A DNA stretch of 64,000 nt from Octopus sinensis (lineage: Eukaryota), in contig NC_043003.1 in assembly GCF_006345805.1 (NCBI RefSeq), positions 33,790,001 through 33,854,000 of the forward strand, read 5' to 3'. The notes under the pieces are model-generated. The model ran no database searches. It had not been told where the DNA came from and saw only the letters and a program-made list of their open reading frames with translations. Both the position numbers and the translations under genes were made by a program. The first letter of the stretch is position 1. The number at the start of each line of letters is the position of its first letter. Positions 36,363-50,090 of this stretch are shown here, piece after piece.

Positions 36363-37856
36363 GTTAAGTTAAGTTAATTTTTGGGGCTCAAAAAGCAAAA
36401 AGCAAGGCCATGTAGGGGGACATGGAGTTATGTACAGGGTGGTGTTCATGCAAAGAGTTCAGGCCATTTCAGGTCAAGAGAGACTTTGAACCGAGCGGTC
36501 GTCAGCATCTTCACTATCTCGTCCGGCAGCTTATTCCACGGATCCGCAACCCGGACGGAGAAAGCCCCTCTCCTTCGATTGAGATGAAATCGTAGCAGAA
36601 AGAGCTTTTCGGAGTGACCCCGCAGCCAACGCTCTGGAGTAGGAATGAAGAACAGCTCTTTCGAGAGGTTACACTTTCCGCTTATGATGTTGTGAGCAAG
36701 AATGAGATCACCACAGCGTCGTCGTTTTTCTAGAGAATAAAGGTCGAGCGTCTTCAGCCTTTCTTCATAAGACAAATGCTTGAGACCAAGAACCATGCGG
36801 GTAGCCAGATTCTGGACTCTTTGGAGATGATGTATGTCTTTGAGGAGATAAGGAGAAGAGACTTGAATCCCGTACACCAATATGGGTCTCAGCAGCGTGA
36901 CATAGAGCGGTAGGAATATGGCTGCTGTGAGCATTCCGAATGACCGTCGAATCAAAAACAGAACTCCGCGTGCTTTGTTGGCAGCATGGACGCACTGGGC
37001 CGAAGGCGAAGAGGAATATCCACCAAGATACCCAGGTCCTTTACCTGGTCGGTCCTCTCCAGCAGCAGACGACCCGGCTCGTAATCAAGTTGAGTTGCAG
37101 GAGAAGAGCCAACAGGCAAATGACAGCACTTTGACGCGTTCAGACACAGGTCCCATTCGTTAGACCATCTCCAAAGTTGGTGGAGGCATCGACGAAGATC
37201 ATCTATATCACCGCGAGGAGCGACCAGTTTGACATCATCGGCAAATAGAAGAGTGTGTTGCGTGAGGTCGTCGGGCAAGTCATTTATAAAGACTAAGAAC
37301 AATAAGGGCCCAAGCACTGAACCTTGAGGCACGCCACTGCTCGCACTGGAGACGTCGGACAGCGAACCATTAACTTGGACTTGGAGGAAGCGATCTGAGA
37401 GAAAGGCACCAACCCAACGTACAATATCTGGATGGAAACTATATGCTTGAAGCTTGACAAGTAATAGGCGGTGGTTTAGCGAGTCAAAAGCTTTGGCAAA
37501 GTCCAATAAAACGATGTCAACAGCATCACCATCATCCAGGATACGCGTCACCAATTCTTCCATTACCAGTAAGTTGGTCAAGCATGATCAACACGAAGCC
37601 GTGTTGGAAATCAGAGATAGAGGCTGTGCTTTGAAGGTGGAGCAACATACTTTTCTTAAGGATGGTTTCGAACATCTTGCTGATTATTGAAGTAAGGGAA
37701 ACCGGTCGGTAGTTAAGCGGGTCTTCGCAGCTCCCTTTCTTGAATATCGGGCAGATTATCGCTGTTCTCCAGTCCGCAGGTATAACACCCGTCGCCAATG
37801 ACATATTGAATAGAAGTGTTAAAGGTTCGCAGATGACCGGAGCCAACGCTTTGATA
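36360..37856 (-). mobile_element. CR1-clade LINE, 5'-truncated, young
   Basis: RT motifs NYRPVSLTS, FQHGF, LDFAKAFDS, SGVPQGSVLGPLLF, LFADDVKL, KDLGI, then RGH..AFSVRV..WNKLP. Three ORFs joined by 2 frameshifts. 3' tail (AACTT)n. (TA)n on both flanks. Confidence 0.95.
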
Positions 37857-37887
37857 ATATATATATATGTGTATGGTTACACATACA

Positions 37888-37932
<45 letters not shown>

Positions 37933-37949
37933 CATATTTATTTTTGTCT

Positions 37950-38160
37950 TTTGCTTGTTTCAGGTATTAGACCGTGGACACACTGGCGGAACGCTTTGAG
38001 GAATTTTAGTCGAATGAATCGACCCCTGTAATTTTTTTAAGCTAGGTACTTACTGTGTCGGTAATTTTTTCGTTTTTCACATAATCGCTAATTTATGTGG
38101 ACATATGCGCACCAAACCCCGTTGTGAAGCGGTGCTGGGGGACAGACACAGAAACAAAAG
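37950..38160 (-). mobile_element. SINE family A, degenerate 3' half
   Basis: TTGCTTGTTTCAG..TTTAGTCGAATGAATCGACCCC..AGGTACTTA..GGGGACAGACACA. Confidence 0.7.
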
Positions 38161-40829
38161 CACACAATCACACACACACTTTCACACACACACACAAACA
38201 CATACATACACACACACACACAAACACGCATACATACATACTTACCAGCAGCGGACCTCTGCACACTCAATTAAACTCAAACGTACCAAACGTGTGTATC
38301 GAACTAGGAAGTTATTTATGAAGCTATATTCTTAACAATTCGACCATTCCTGCGTGTTTTACCTTTTTATGAAATAAATAACAAGGCCTCTTCTTTAAGT
38401 TCCTCATTTTGTTCTTATTTATAATTTGAACAATGTTTTTTTAAGGTTAATTTTTACCGAGACCAATATACAAACTATTTAAATATTTTAAATGCATTAC
38501 GCTTTAAAATAATTATATATTCTTACGATGGAATTTCATCAATTGGGTAGAAAACGAAAAAATAATTTAGCTATTGTGATAAATGAATTCTATGAAAACA
38601 ATCATGTTTTTTTTTTTAGTTAATCACAAGATAATTAATTATTTTTAATTGAATAAGCAAAGATGGAACAGTAGAAATGTTTTTTCATAAATCATGATCA
38701 TGAACTATTTTATGTTGGTTCATAAATTCATTAAAAGAAAATTCTACAAGATTATTTTCGAATGATCAATATCAAGTATTTTTATATATATACTGAAGTT
38801 ATTTTTTTTTTTTTTTAGTATTTCTAAAACTATATTTGATTTTAGAAGTAACTTGCTCGCAATAAAACTTATTTAATTCTTGTTAGCTCTACATCAGCCC
38901 TTACAGACTGATAATCAGAAACACTCAGACTGCGACTTCATCACCTTAAGCTTTTAATAGTTGTGTATTTCGGATCAAATTGTACAGTGTGTCCTCTCTT
39001 TTTTTCTTTAATGAGTGCTTGTGATTCAAAGTAGATTTATTAGTTCTGCATTTGGGATAGATTGACCAAGTAAAAGGCTTCTTACGATATATGGTTTGGT
39101 TTTACAGTGCATAGAACCTGGCTAGGAATCAATCTGGGAGTTCCAAGTAGGAAAGAATTAGGAAGATTTTAAGGCAGTGTATAATAGCTGTCGTCAGCTT
39201 CATAGTTTTCTTAACAAAATCGGAAGTATAATAGAAATAATTATAACCGAATTTTGAAATAGTATTACGGTATTGGATTCCGGAATAGAATCGTATCCAA
39301 GTTTATATTATTTTCAATTTCATTTATAAATGTTTACCGTTAGATAAATCCAGCCATATATCTTATACTGAACACACAGAGACATAATTGTAAAGAGAAT
39401 ATTAGTTTACTCTCGCTGCTCTCAAGACAGTTTCTAATGACCTCTGTTGCTTCATTTGTGAAGATAAATTAATCAATTTGACAAATAGTAAACATTCTCA
39501 ATCTCAGGTATTTACTCACTTCATTATTTGATTAACTTTTATTGGTAAGATATTTTTGTCACCCTCCTTGTGATCTATACTTTGAACTTTACTTTTATTC
39601 AGACATTATGAAGTTATCGAAAAGTTACTTTCCTTGGACAACAAATAATACTAAATTTTAAATTCTTGCTTAGCGAGAAAAATATTCCATTTTGATTCCG
39701 TGATAATTGTGGGCAAGTGATATGAAATAATGAATAGGCATTGCCGTTGTAATCAATCTACTTTTTGTTTTTATAAAACATGCTTTTTTAAAATTATTTT
39801 AGGTTTTTCTCATAACATAATGATCACGAATTTGTATGGTCAATAGACCGTCACATAGATTGCATATTTTCTCTATTCCGGTTTTCTGCACTGTGACGGC
39901 AAAACCCAGCAAGACCAATTTTGCCTTTCATCGCTTCGATGGTAGATTAATAAACTGTAAATCAAGTAACGAAGTCGATTTTTCTCTCTCTCTTCTCCTC
40001 TCTCCCTCTCAGTCCTTCTCTCTCTTCCTCGGAACCAAATACTTGTATCCTAAAAATATTCGTGCATGAGTTCTCACAAGCGTTAGAAGTCATTAAATTT
40101 GATAACCTACTCCATTGGTGTATGCGTAGATGTAGTGGTAAAGTGACTGGATACTTGTCTATACTTTTCCGATAACAAATATGAAGTAGTCCGAAAGGCT
40201 TATCACGAATTCCTATTTGAAAAGGTGGAGATTGCGCAAACACCTTCGAGGTTTTAGATATTAGCTTCTCAATAATGACAATCACATGCATTCACATATA
40301 TATCTGATGTAGCCTGTAGATATTTAGAACTGAAATTCCCGACAGCGTTAAAATAGATATATTGAAGCTCAAACATATATTGGTAATGAACAAAAGAAGG
40401 AATAATCAACACTCTACTGGCGATAATTTCTTGAAATAGTAGAGTGCTGTTGAGACAACTGCAAAAGTTTGGTGGGAATAAATTGACAATAACTCAATCG
40501 TTGTTTGAATAATGGTTGCCACACGGACATCTCCTTGTAAGTGAAGACAAATGAAATTTTGTGCGGCCAAAGACGATACTAAGGCAAAGAGTCAAGTGTA
40601 AAATTGGTTTTATATGTTGAGTATTATAAAAGTGGCAACCGGTGTCGTTTATTCAAAATTTATGTATATGAATATCTATATTTGCAGTTCTTAATTTTAT
40701 ATGATACCTCAATGATTGTAATGGAATATATTTGTCTAATCATACACACACATACGCATACACACACACACACACACAAACACATATATATGATTGAATG
40801 GTACGCATCCATTTCCAAGTAAGTTTGTC

Positions 40830-40845
40830 TTATATATATATATAT

Positions 40846-40927
<82 letters not shown>

Positions 40928-40952
40928 CGATAGATAGATAGATAGATAGATC

Positions 40953-40992
<40 letters not shown>

Positions 40993-41041
40993 TATAGATA
41001 GATAGATAGATAGATCGATACATAGATAGATAAATAGATAA

Positions 41042-41093
<52 letters not shown>

Positions 41094-41097
41094 ATAA

Positions 41098-41153
<56 letters not shown>

Positions 41154-41160
41154 ATAGACA
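40830..41160. repeat. (AGAT)n microsatellite, ~300 bp
   Basis: Directly visible in the sequence. Confidence 0.95.
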
Positions 41161-41439
41161 TACATTCTAACTAGTTGTATTTGTGTCTCACCTTCACCCT
41201 CCCTTTGTCTCTGTATACATGCATACATACATATATACATGTGTGTGTGTGTGTGTGTGTATAATGTGTATATATATATATATGTTTATATATATGTGGG
41301 TGTGAGTGTGAATGTGTGTATGTGTGCGTGTGTGTATGTATATAAGATTGTTCAGGCTAACTTTGATGATGTTTTTATGCCTCATTTTTCTGGAGAGGCT
41401 TCACTTATGAGGGAACAGATTTGGAGAACATAAAGACTA

Positions 41440-42170
41440 AAGTTATAGTTGAGAAAAAGTTTGCTGACATGGACGACTGGAAGCCATCTACATACTGGAA
41501 ATATTTACATGATGATTTGCGACGGGCACCAAAATGTCGAGATGGCTACTGCTCAATGCTCTATGTAAATACTCTGTAAAAGTTGAAAGACATAACGAGG
41601 ACAGCTTTAATGGAAACTACGAAGCTGTGGCCAGCAACAAGGGACAAAGAAGTTGTTCTGACAGCATTTGAATGTCAGGATATATCACCGGCATACATTT
41701 GAACAATTCTGAAGACTATGCAAAGATGCTTGAAGCTGTGGTAGACCCTCACTGGAGGGGGTTTTTATTGGAAGGTCATATGCGTAGCAACAGGATTCGC
41801 CTAACTGCTATAACTCTGCCGTGTCAGGAATTGCTGGCGGAAGAATTCTACCACTTCTCTTGCGTCCATTTCTGGTCTTCTAATTCTCCTGATTGTAATC
41901 CTTTGGATGTTGTGAGTATGAGACATGATTAAAAAAGACACTAGCTGCTATGCCAGCAAATCCAAGCCCGATCTAGTGGCCCAAATCAAGGAGATGTTCC
42001 TAGATGTTCCCAGGGACACATTGATGAATGCATGCGTCATGTTCCGGAGCTGTCAAAGCCATTCCAGCAATGGCTCTGACGAAAGTATCGTTAATATTCT
42101 TAAGTTTTTCAATTTATCTCAGCTGATCCATAGACCAATTGAGTAAACCAATATAAAATGACTACTGGAA
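41440..42170 (+). mobile_element. Internally deleted Tc1/maT (DD37D-like) transposon relic
   Basis: LNNSEDYAKMLEAVVDP.., FWSSNSPDCNPLD (like WPPNSPDxNPLD), KKDTS..KSKPDLVAQIKEMF.DVPRDTLMNACVMFRS. The short N-terminal piece joins directly to the catalytic C-terminal half. Confidence 0.8.
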
Positions 42171-43874
42171 GAAAGAGCTGTAAGCTAAATTTGCTATAAT
42201 AAAGGAATTATATATTGTGAGCACTACTTTAACTGGTCTATTATATATTATTCTGTAAAAAACAGGTTATCTGAAGTCCATCCACAGATTTGAAATATAG
42301 ATTTGTGATGAATCATAACATTGGACCCCACCAAAAGATTACATGGAGTTCTTCACTATTCTCAGTAATACTGTTCGCCTGGTGTGCCAGCAGAGAGCTT
42401 TAAAGTATTTTACCTTGATTGATAATCCCTCACTATTTGTTCTGTAATATATAAACGCGTGTGTATGTGTGTGTGTGTGTTTGTGTGTGTGCATGCGTGT
42501 GAGTGTATGTGTCTGTATATATATATATATGCCTTTGAGTGACTATATGTCCTTGTATGTAACGGGTACGCGTGGGATATATAGGGGTGCTCTATCGTTA
42601 CAACAATGTCCACATGTTTCTCATTGCTTATATAAATATGTAAGACCACGAAAATTATATTTTAAAAGTGTTAGTGTCCATTCAGTTTTACATAACGCAA
42701 TTTAAAAATTATAAACTATATGTGCAAACTGCAAGCTACGATACGTTTGCCATGCTCTGGTGCTGTAATATTTGGCTCAGACACAATGGTTTTTGAATTG
42801 TGTGTATCATGTAAAAGTCACGCGTTAAAATAACGAAGTTTAAAGCAAGATAGAGTTAAGTTTTAATATTGCAATGCATATTTCAATCATGGGTCATATG
42901 ATATAAAATTTTCTTAACATCGATCGCACTGAATATCGGGGGTAAGAAAATAACAGCTGGGTACTCAGATATTTTCCTAATTACCTCCCTACTTTGCTAT
43001 TTTTTTCACCACCGTACATTTATAAACAACACATGTATCAACACTCATCCAAATATTCTTTGATTATTCATTGCCGGATATACCAACGAATGATATGCCT
43101 ATAAGATCATACATACCTACATGCATACATACACACATATATGCATACATCTACATACATATTTATATAAATAAATACACGTATAAATATGCAGATATAT
43201 GTGTGTGCATAATGCATAAATATTTAATATATATGTTTATATATATATATATATATGCATAATGCATACATATTTTAATATATATGTTTATATATATATA
43301 TATGCATGTATTTATATGTGCACACATACACAGATGCATATTTTTATGTATGTATATACTAAAATAAAATTAAAAAGTAAATGAATATATTCATCCTTAT
43401 ATGGAATATTCTTTAATACGACTTTCTATAGAACGTCCAAAAAAAAACCGATATCACTGACACATAGAAACGAACCCATTCTCTTTTCAAATCGCATAAA
43501 TAGCATAAATCCTCAAATGAATTCTGCTTATATTCTCTGTCACAACACATGTGCAAAAACCACACAGACACACACACATATATACACTGCCATAAACATA
43601 CATACAATGAGAGAGTGAGAGAGGAGGTAAGAGGGAGAGAGAAAAGGAATCACACTCACTTTTCCAACTACATGCTCTTTCTTTGCCTATGCATTCCACT
43701 ATAAATTTTGAAGGATCTTTTACACTCTATCTATTCTAGCTTCAAATCTAGAAGAATCCAAAACAGAAAGATGGATGACATGGGTTACATAAGATATTTC
43801 ATGAAAATTTGATAAATAAGTTAAAACAGATTTTTTTTTATAAATTGTGAGAAAAGAAATACTGACAAGAGCTT

Positions 43875-43903
43875 TCTTCTTCTTCTTCTTATTATTATTA
43901 TTA

Positions 43904-43968
<65 letters not shown>

Positions 43969-43983
43969 TTGTCCTTCTTCATA

Positions 43984-44040
<57 letters not shown>
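43875..44040. repeat. (TTC)n-(TTA)n tracts
   Basis: Directly visible in the sequence. Confidence 0.95.
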
Positions 44041-45729
44041 GCATTTGAGTGCATCTTTTCAGTTTCTTTCACTTATTTTTCTTTCAAATTAATGACATAG
44101 ATTGGTCGTTCAGGAAATAAAGGGAATGAAAGAACTATATTACATAATTTTTGTGTATGTGTGTACATATATATATATATATGTGTGTGTGTGTATGTAT
44201 GTATGTATGCATGTATGTAAGTATGTATGTATGTATGTATGTATATGTGTGTGTATGTAAGTATACATATACACAGACATATATATATACATATACATAT
44301 ATATATATGCTTCTGTTTATATATAGAATTACACATACACATAAATATATACATGTGTGTGCACTATATATATATATATATATATATACATTATATATAT
44401 AACATATACCTATATCATATGTTGAACAACATCTATAATATATATGTGATATAGAGAAGCACATATGCATATATGGTTTTGCGTTTGTGCATCTAGGTAT
44501 GTATGCATATAATTCAAACAGACCTTGCTTGAAGGGAAGCCTACTGCAGTTTTAAAGAAGGAGGCCAGAATATAAAAGAGGGGAAAAGTTAGGGGTAAAA
44601 ATAATGCAAGTTGAGAAAGCATGATAGGAAATGGAAAAAGAGAAAGATAGTGTCAGATCATTTTAAGAGTGAAATATACTGGGATATATAGCGTAACGCT
44701 GGGGTCAATTCATCATTTTTGCAAGAATGAAAAGAAAGGAAAATGCTAAGTAATTGGTGGCGTGGATACTATAGTAATTTTAGTGCAGATCGTAAGATAT
44801 TAGTATGTAATCCAACTCTTGATTTTTCCATTCTTTTTATCCTTGTTTATATTCTTTTAAGGTTACAATCACTGTTTTCTTTCATATTTAGCTTCTCTCT
44901 CCTACTCTCTGTCTCTCTGTCTCTTCCTCTTCCTCTCACTCTCTTCCGCTCACCCCTCTATTTCGCAAAGATGTATCCTGTTGCACGAAACTAACTATTA
45001 TAAATAACGTAACGTTTCGGAGAATATCTTACAGGAAGTATGCTGACCAGGTTCTAAGGAAATGATATCTATGTATACTAATCGGCATTTAAAATCGAGG
45101 TCTTAAATTCTACATTATTTGGATATTTTGAACGCAATTTTCTCTGTCAGATAAATTTTGTTATACATGATGGAGATTCTCTATATGTCATTATTTGCAT
45201 AAGTACGTGTCTATATATATATATATATATAAACACATATATGAGGGAGGAGCACTGTGTATGTGTACGGTAATTTATTTGTCTTAGTTCATATTTATAC
45301 CTTTTATGTTAATTGCCTAGGCCTCATATGTGTCATATTTTTCATGTATGTCCAAGTGTCAGCTAGAAATAAAATACAGCAAACTGATATGCTGATGATG
45401 CCTAAATACAAAGAAACGGATCCGCAGCTATCCTCTTGCTTTAGGAGAATGTGATTGTCCTTTCCCTAGTGCTGGGTGTATGTTGATGTTATCTCCTGTT
45501 CGCATTTTCAGATCATAATAGTTGTTATAAGAAGCTGTTCTATCTTATCGGAAGCCGGTGATTATTTCGATATCAATATATATATATATATATATATAGT
45601 GCATTTGAAAATAATATAATATATATGTGTGTATGTGTATGTGTGTAAATAGAGATAAAGCGAGAAATAGATGGATAGAAAGATAGATACATTATATGAC
45701 GTACATATGTATGCACGCATGTATACGTC

Positions 45730-46480
45730 AAAAATAACAACACGGAAGAGAATGTGAAATGCATGTTTACCGCTGATGCATAATTAGAATATTCTAGGCA
45801 TCTCTGACATTTCGTATGTAAACCTTTTTCAGAAAGTTTGACATTCAGAAGAAGGATATATTTTTCAAGAGATTTCTGGAGTCTAGTAGTATCCTCACCC
45901 TCCTGAAAGCCTGGTAATTGTTCTAAGAACAAGTACAGAAATAACGCAAACGCAAATAATTACAGGTTGTTATTTGGCACTCGTATCAACAATGTTTTGG
46001 AGTGAAACATCCGGGAGAAAATGATTATGGTCATCAGGAGAATAGCATGTGAATTTCCACATTGAAAGAAATTGCCACACACTGGTGATGCTATATTATG
46101 AACACTGACAAAGCAGTTCCTCAAGCAATCGTTTGTTATAAATCAATTTTCCGAAGCTACGTCTATCATGGGCATATATCTCAAAGTTGAGGTATATATG
46201 TCATAGTCATATAGTCCGGAACACTGGAGGACACCTGATTGTAAGCCTTTCTTAAATACAGAATGGAAGTTGTTGAAACTAGCCTTACTACTATGAATGG
46301 CCAACTAGGTTGAGTGATGCGTCACAATGGGACTGCCTTGTGAGAATTAATGTTTCGTATAGGTCTGTATGAATTCTCGTCAGTAACACTGTTCTCACGA
46401 GCAATACCGTTGATATATGATATCAAAAGCAAACAAAGGTATCCACACAACTAAAAACCTACTGAGCTATCGCCAAACGA
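45730..46480 (+). mobile_element. Possible very old RTE-type RT relic
   Basis: In order: IFQEISGV**..SLVIVL (like GVLQGDTLAPxLFVIVL), KKLPHTGDAIL (like xADD region), EATSIMGIYLKVEVYMS (like IGLxLNxKKTxYMS). Confidence 0.35.
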
Positions 46481-46509
46481 CATGGATATTCATTTCAAAT
46501 TATTGTACA

Positions 46510-46695
46510 ATTTGGGGGGAAAATTTAAGTTCATTACATCGACTCACTGTTTAACTGGTTTTTAAGTTATCGACACTGTAAGGATGAAAGGTAAAGTCGA
46601 CCTCTGTGGTATTTGAACTCAAAAGTTAAAGATAGACAAAATGCCAGTAAGCATTTTGCCCGATGCATTAACGATTCTGCCAGCTTGCCGCCTTA
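46510..46695 (-). mobile_element. SINE family B, degenerate
   Basis: GGATGAAAGGTAAAGTCGACCTC..ATTTGAACTC..TTCTGCCAGCTTGCCGCCTT. Confidence 0.8.
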
Positions 46696-47059
46696 CACAG
46701 CATGAATATTGAAAGCACAAAGGCTTCAAACTGTTTGATCATAGCACAATGTGTTTACATGCACCTGGAAGATATGATAATAGTGAAAGTATATGCGGGC
46801 CTAAGAATTGTAATGTTTAAATACGCATTGTTCCAAGTGCATGTTCTATGTCAGACTGCAAAACTTAAAGATGCATTATTCTCTGTGCATGTTGAATGTC
46901 ACTAAAAATGCTTTGTTCCACACTCCCCAAAAAGTACAAATGTGAAAATGAAAGTAGTGGTAGAATCGAGAGAGTGGAAGTATTGTTAAGTTAAAGTTAA
47001 AAGGAAAAACCTTAGCAATCTCAGTTGGTACATGTACAAATGAAGTGGAGAGACACCGA

Positions 47060-47385
47060 GGAAACGTTAGCAGCTAGGCGAAATACTTAGCGGTATTTCG
47101 TCTGTCGTTACGTTCTGAGTTCAAATTTCATCCTTTCTGGGTCGATTAAATATGTACCAGTTACGCACTAGGGGCGATATAATTGACTTAATCCGTTAGT
47201 CTGTCCTTGTTTGTCTTCTCTGTGTTTAGCTCCTTGTAGGTAGTAAAGAAATAGGTATTTCGTCCTCCGAGGTTGACTTTGCCTTTCATCCTTTCGGGGT
47301 CGATAAATTAAGTATCAGTTGCGTACTGGGGTCGATCTAATCGACTATCCCCCTCCCTTGTGCCTAGGGTAGAAAAGTATATTTA
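47060..47385 (+). mobile_element. Tandem or chimeric pair of SINE family B
   Basis: A first unit (deleted right after the B box) ending GTAAAGAAATAGGTATTTCGTC runs directly into a second, partial unit CCGAGGTTGACTTTGCCTTTCATCC.. with a different tail. Confidence 0.8.
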
Positions 47386-47690
47386 TTTCTTTAAATCTAC
47401 CCTTTAAATATACCATGTCTTACGCAACGATGAAACTATAGTTCCCGTATTTACTGGTTATGCATTACAATATCGGTAACTGCAATATTTTGTCACACGA
47501 ATGTCCGTAACGCAAACTTGGCTACATACATACTTACATGAACACACATGCACACACACACACCACCACACCACACACACACACACACACGCACACACGC
47601 ACACACACAGATCAAAAAGATGTACGTACATATAACTGCATGTGTAGAAATGTGTGTGCATGTATTCTAATATATGGATATGTATATATA

Positions 47691-47958
47691 CAGTGGCGTA
47701 CTGGGGTCTAAAAATATTGGTTGCCAGGAGACAAAGGAGGGGCCACCCGCAACTAAAATGCTATTTAATTTTTTTTTTGTTAAAAGTATTCTTTTCAACT
47801 GTCTACAAACACAGCCAGAATGAAATAATTAATGCATTTTTCCGGGATTTTAGGGGATGGGCCCCTTAGATACTAACATGGGCCACCATATATGGATTCT
47901 AACGGCGCAGGGGCCCTATTGCCATCGGCAAGCTGGCAATCTCGCCTGTCCACCACTG
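47691..47958. mobile_element. 268-bp MITE with CAGTGG termini
   Basis: TATA|CAGTGGCGTAC...GTCCACCACTG|TATA. Confidence 0.7.
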
Positions 47959-47980
47959 TATAAACACACACACGCACATA

Positions 47981-48821
47981 CGGTTCGATCAATAAGTATA
48001 CGGACTGTTGCCATAGTAGCGAAGCTATTGCACGTAGAGTAAAGCCGCCAGGCACAGAAGGAACTTGAACACTGATGAGTAGACGCACTAAGTTTCAACG
48101 TTGTAGCTAACTTCCGCTGTTTACAGCAGTGCTTGGAAAGAAAGTGTGTAGCGTGTGATCGGCACATTGACCGTGACAGAAAAAGTTGTCATAGCAATAC
48201 CTGCTCAGAGGCCTATACAAATTTGTAGAACGTGTAGAGAGAGAAGTGTATGAGCCGCATGCAAGTGTAGGAGTGGTTCAGACGTCTCCAAGATGGCCGA
48301 AAAATTCTCGATATCGATGACCGTTCTGGGAGAGCCGGAACCAGGAGAACTGAGAGAAAATTGCAGATGCGCGTGCAGCTGTGAAGGGAAATCGTCAAAT
48401 CATCATCCGTGAGTTATCAGCTGATATGCAAATTAGTTACGGTTCAGTTCAGCCATTTTCACTGAAGATTTGGGTATGCGATGCGTGGCTTTCAGTTGCA
48501 CAAGATCTCCTTTGATTGTATTGAGAACGATGAAAACTTTTTGAAAACTTTGCGTAGACCTCTGAGTAGGTATCGCCATTCTTTTGGCAAAATTTGAAGC
48601 AAATTCTCTTCTCAACTTTCTCTGTCATGGTCAATTCGACGATCATACGCTACAAGCCTTACTTCCAAGCACTGCTATAAACAGCGGAATAAGACAGTCC
48701 GTTCATATTTAGTGCGCATGCACAGCAGAGTTCAAGGTCAATCTGTGCCAAGCAGCTTCACTCTCTATGCTTTAGCCTCGTTACTATGGCAACAGTCCGG
48801 ATAGTTATTGATCAGACCACA
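47981..48821 (+). mobile_element. Non-autonomous mariner derivative with two inverted left ends (copy 2)
   Basis: Same TIR, same internal deletion and same CAAGATCTCCTT junction as 35087-35836. TA at both ends. The minus arm encodes MTEKVEKRICFKFCQKNGDTYSEVYAKF. Confidence 0.9.
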
Positions 48822-49905
48822 TATATATGTTTATGCATATATTCCTATTGATTCATTCTGTATATTCATATGTGTATGTGTGTGTGTGTGTGTGTGTACG
48901 CGTGAATGTTTAATATATATCTATACTTTATATGTGTATACGTATGTTTGTGTATATGTACTTTAATATGTGCGTAATCACGTAAGCGCCAAGGAGCCCT
49001 TGTAATTACTTTCTGTATATAGACGTGTGTACGCGAGTGTTTGTGTGTAACTTCGTGGAAGATTCACCAATATCAGTTGAAGAATTTTAATCAAATTTTT
49101 ATTTTGTATGTTTGCTACATTCTTGCTTATCTCCTTGTCAGCATTTCAGTGTCCATATATCTATATTTCAATACTTCACATGTTTTGTTTGGACATGAAA
49201 AGAGATATGCAAATGAGAATATATATTGTTATATTTGTCAATATATATTCTTCACTCGAAAATAACTTTGATTACGTAGAAATATACATTATATGCATAC
49301 GCATACATACAAATACACGCACGCACGTGCACACACACAAACACACACACATAGTGAGTGCAAAGGCATAGTCACACACATACATACACACACATATATA
49401 TACATATATATATATATATATGTACATATTTGTGTGTGTGTGTATATATATATGTGTGTGTGTATGTATGTCTTTTGTATTCTAAATGAATATATATATA
49501 CAAAATATTACGTGGTGTAAAACCATAACTTCATTTTTAGTTTGTTGGGTGTATACTCTAAACCTTGAATGAAAAGATATAGAGAAAATTTACACAAGAT
49601 CGTAATTGGAAAATGATTGGTAGAGTTACATGGAGAGATGCACATTCATGAGACTGAAATTGAGGCTATGGATCTTTTCTGTTTGGCGTCACTTTTTTAA
49701 GTTTTAAAATTAAGTGAAATTTTTCAAATTTGATATATTGATGTAATTTCTGACGCTGAATCTGATGTTGTTAGTTACTTGTTCCAGAGAAATATTTAGA
49801 ATAATGTTACGGATCCTTAAAGTTTGATCATTTTTACCCAATCAGAAAACAGGAGTTGGATGCAGGCATTTTGTGCATGATGACATTAAGACGGCACAAT
49901 ACTTT

Positions 49906-50090
49906 ATTTACGTTCAGTTTCATTTTTTTGTGTGGTGCTGGGTGAGGGGTGTGATTTTTCGCATTACACGCAGTTCTAATATTTCCAAGACTTTATTCAT
50001 TAAAATCTTGGAAATATTGGAACTGCGTGTAATGCGAAAAATCACACCCCTCACCCAGCACCACACAAAAAAATGAAACTGAACGTAAAT
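49906..50090. repeat. Near-perfect palindrome (85-bp arms, 15-bp spacer)
   Basis: 49906-49990 is the reverse complement of 50006-50090 with 1 mismatch. Confidence 0.95.

Noticed and set aside
40013-40300. Plus-strand protein-like frames (LKIFVHEFSQALEVIKFD..; YFSDNKYEVVRKAY..)
   Set aside because: The two frames are out of phase, with no room for an intron between them and no recognisable family.
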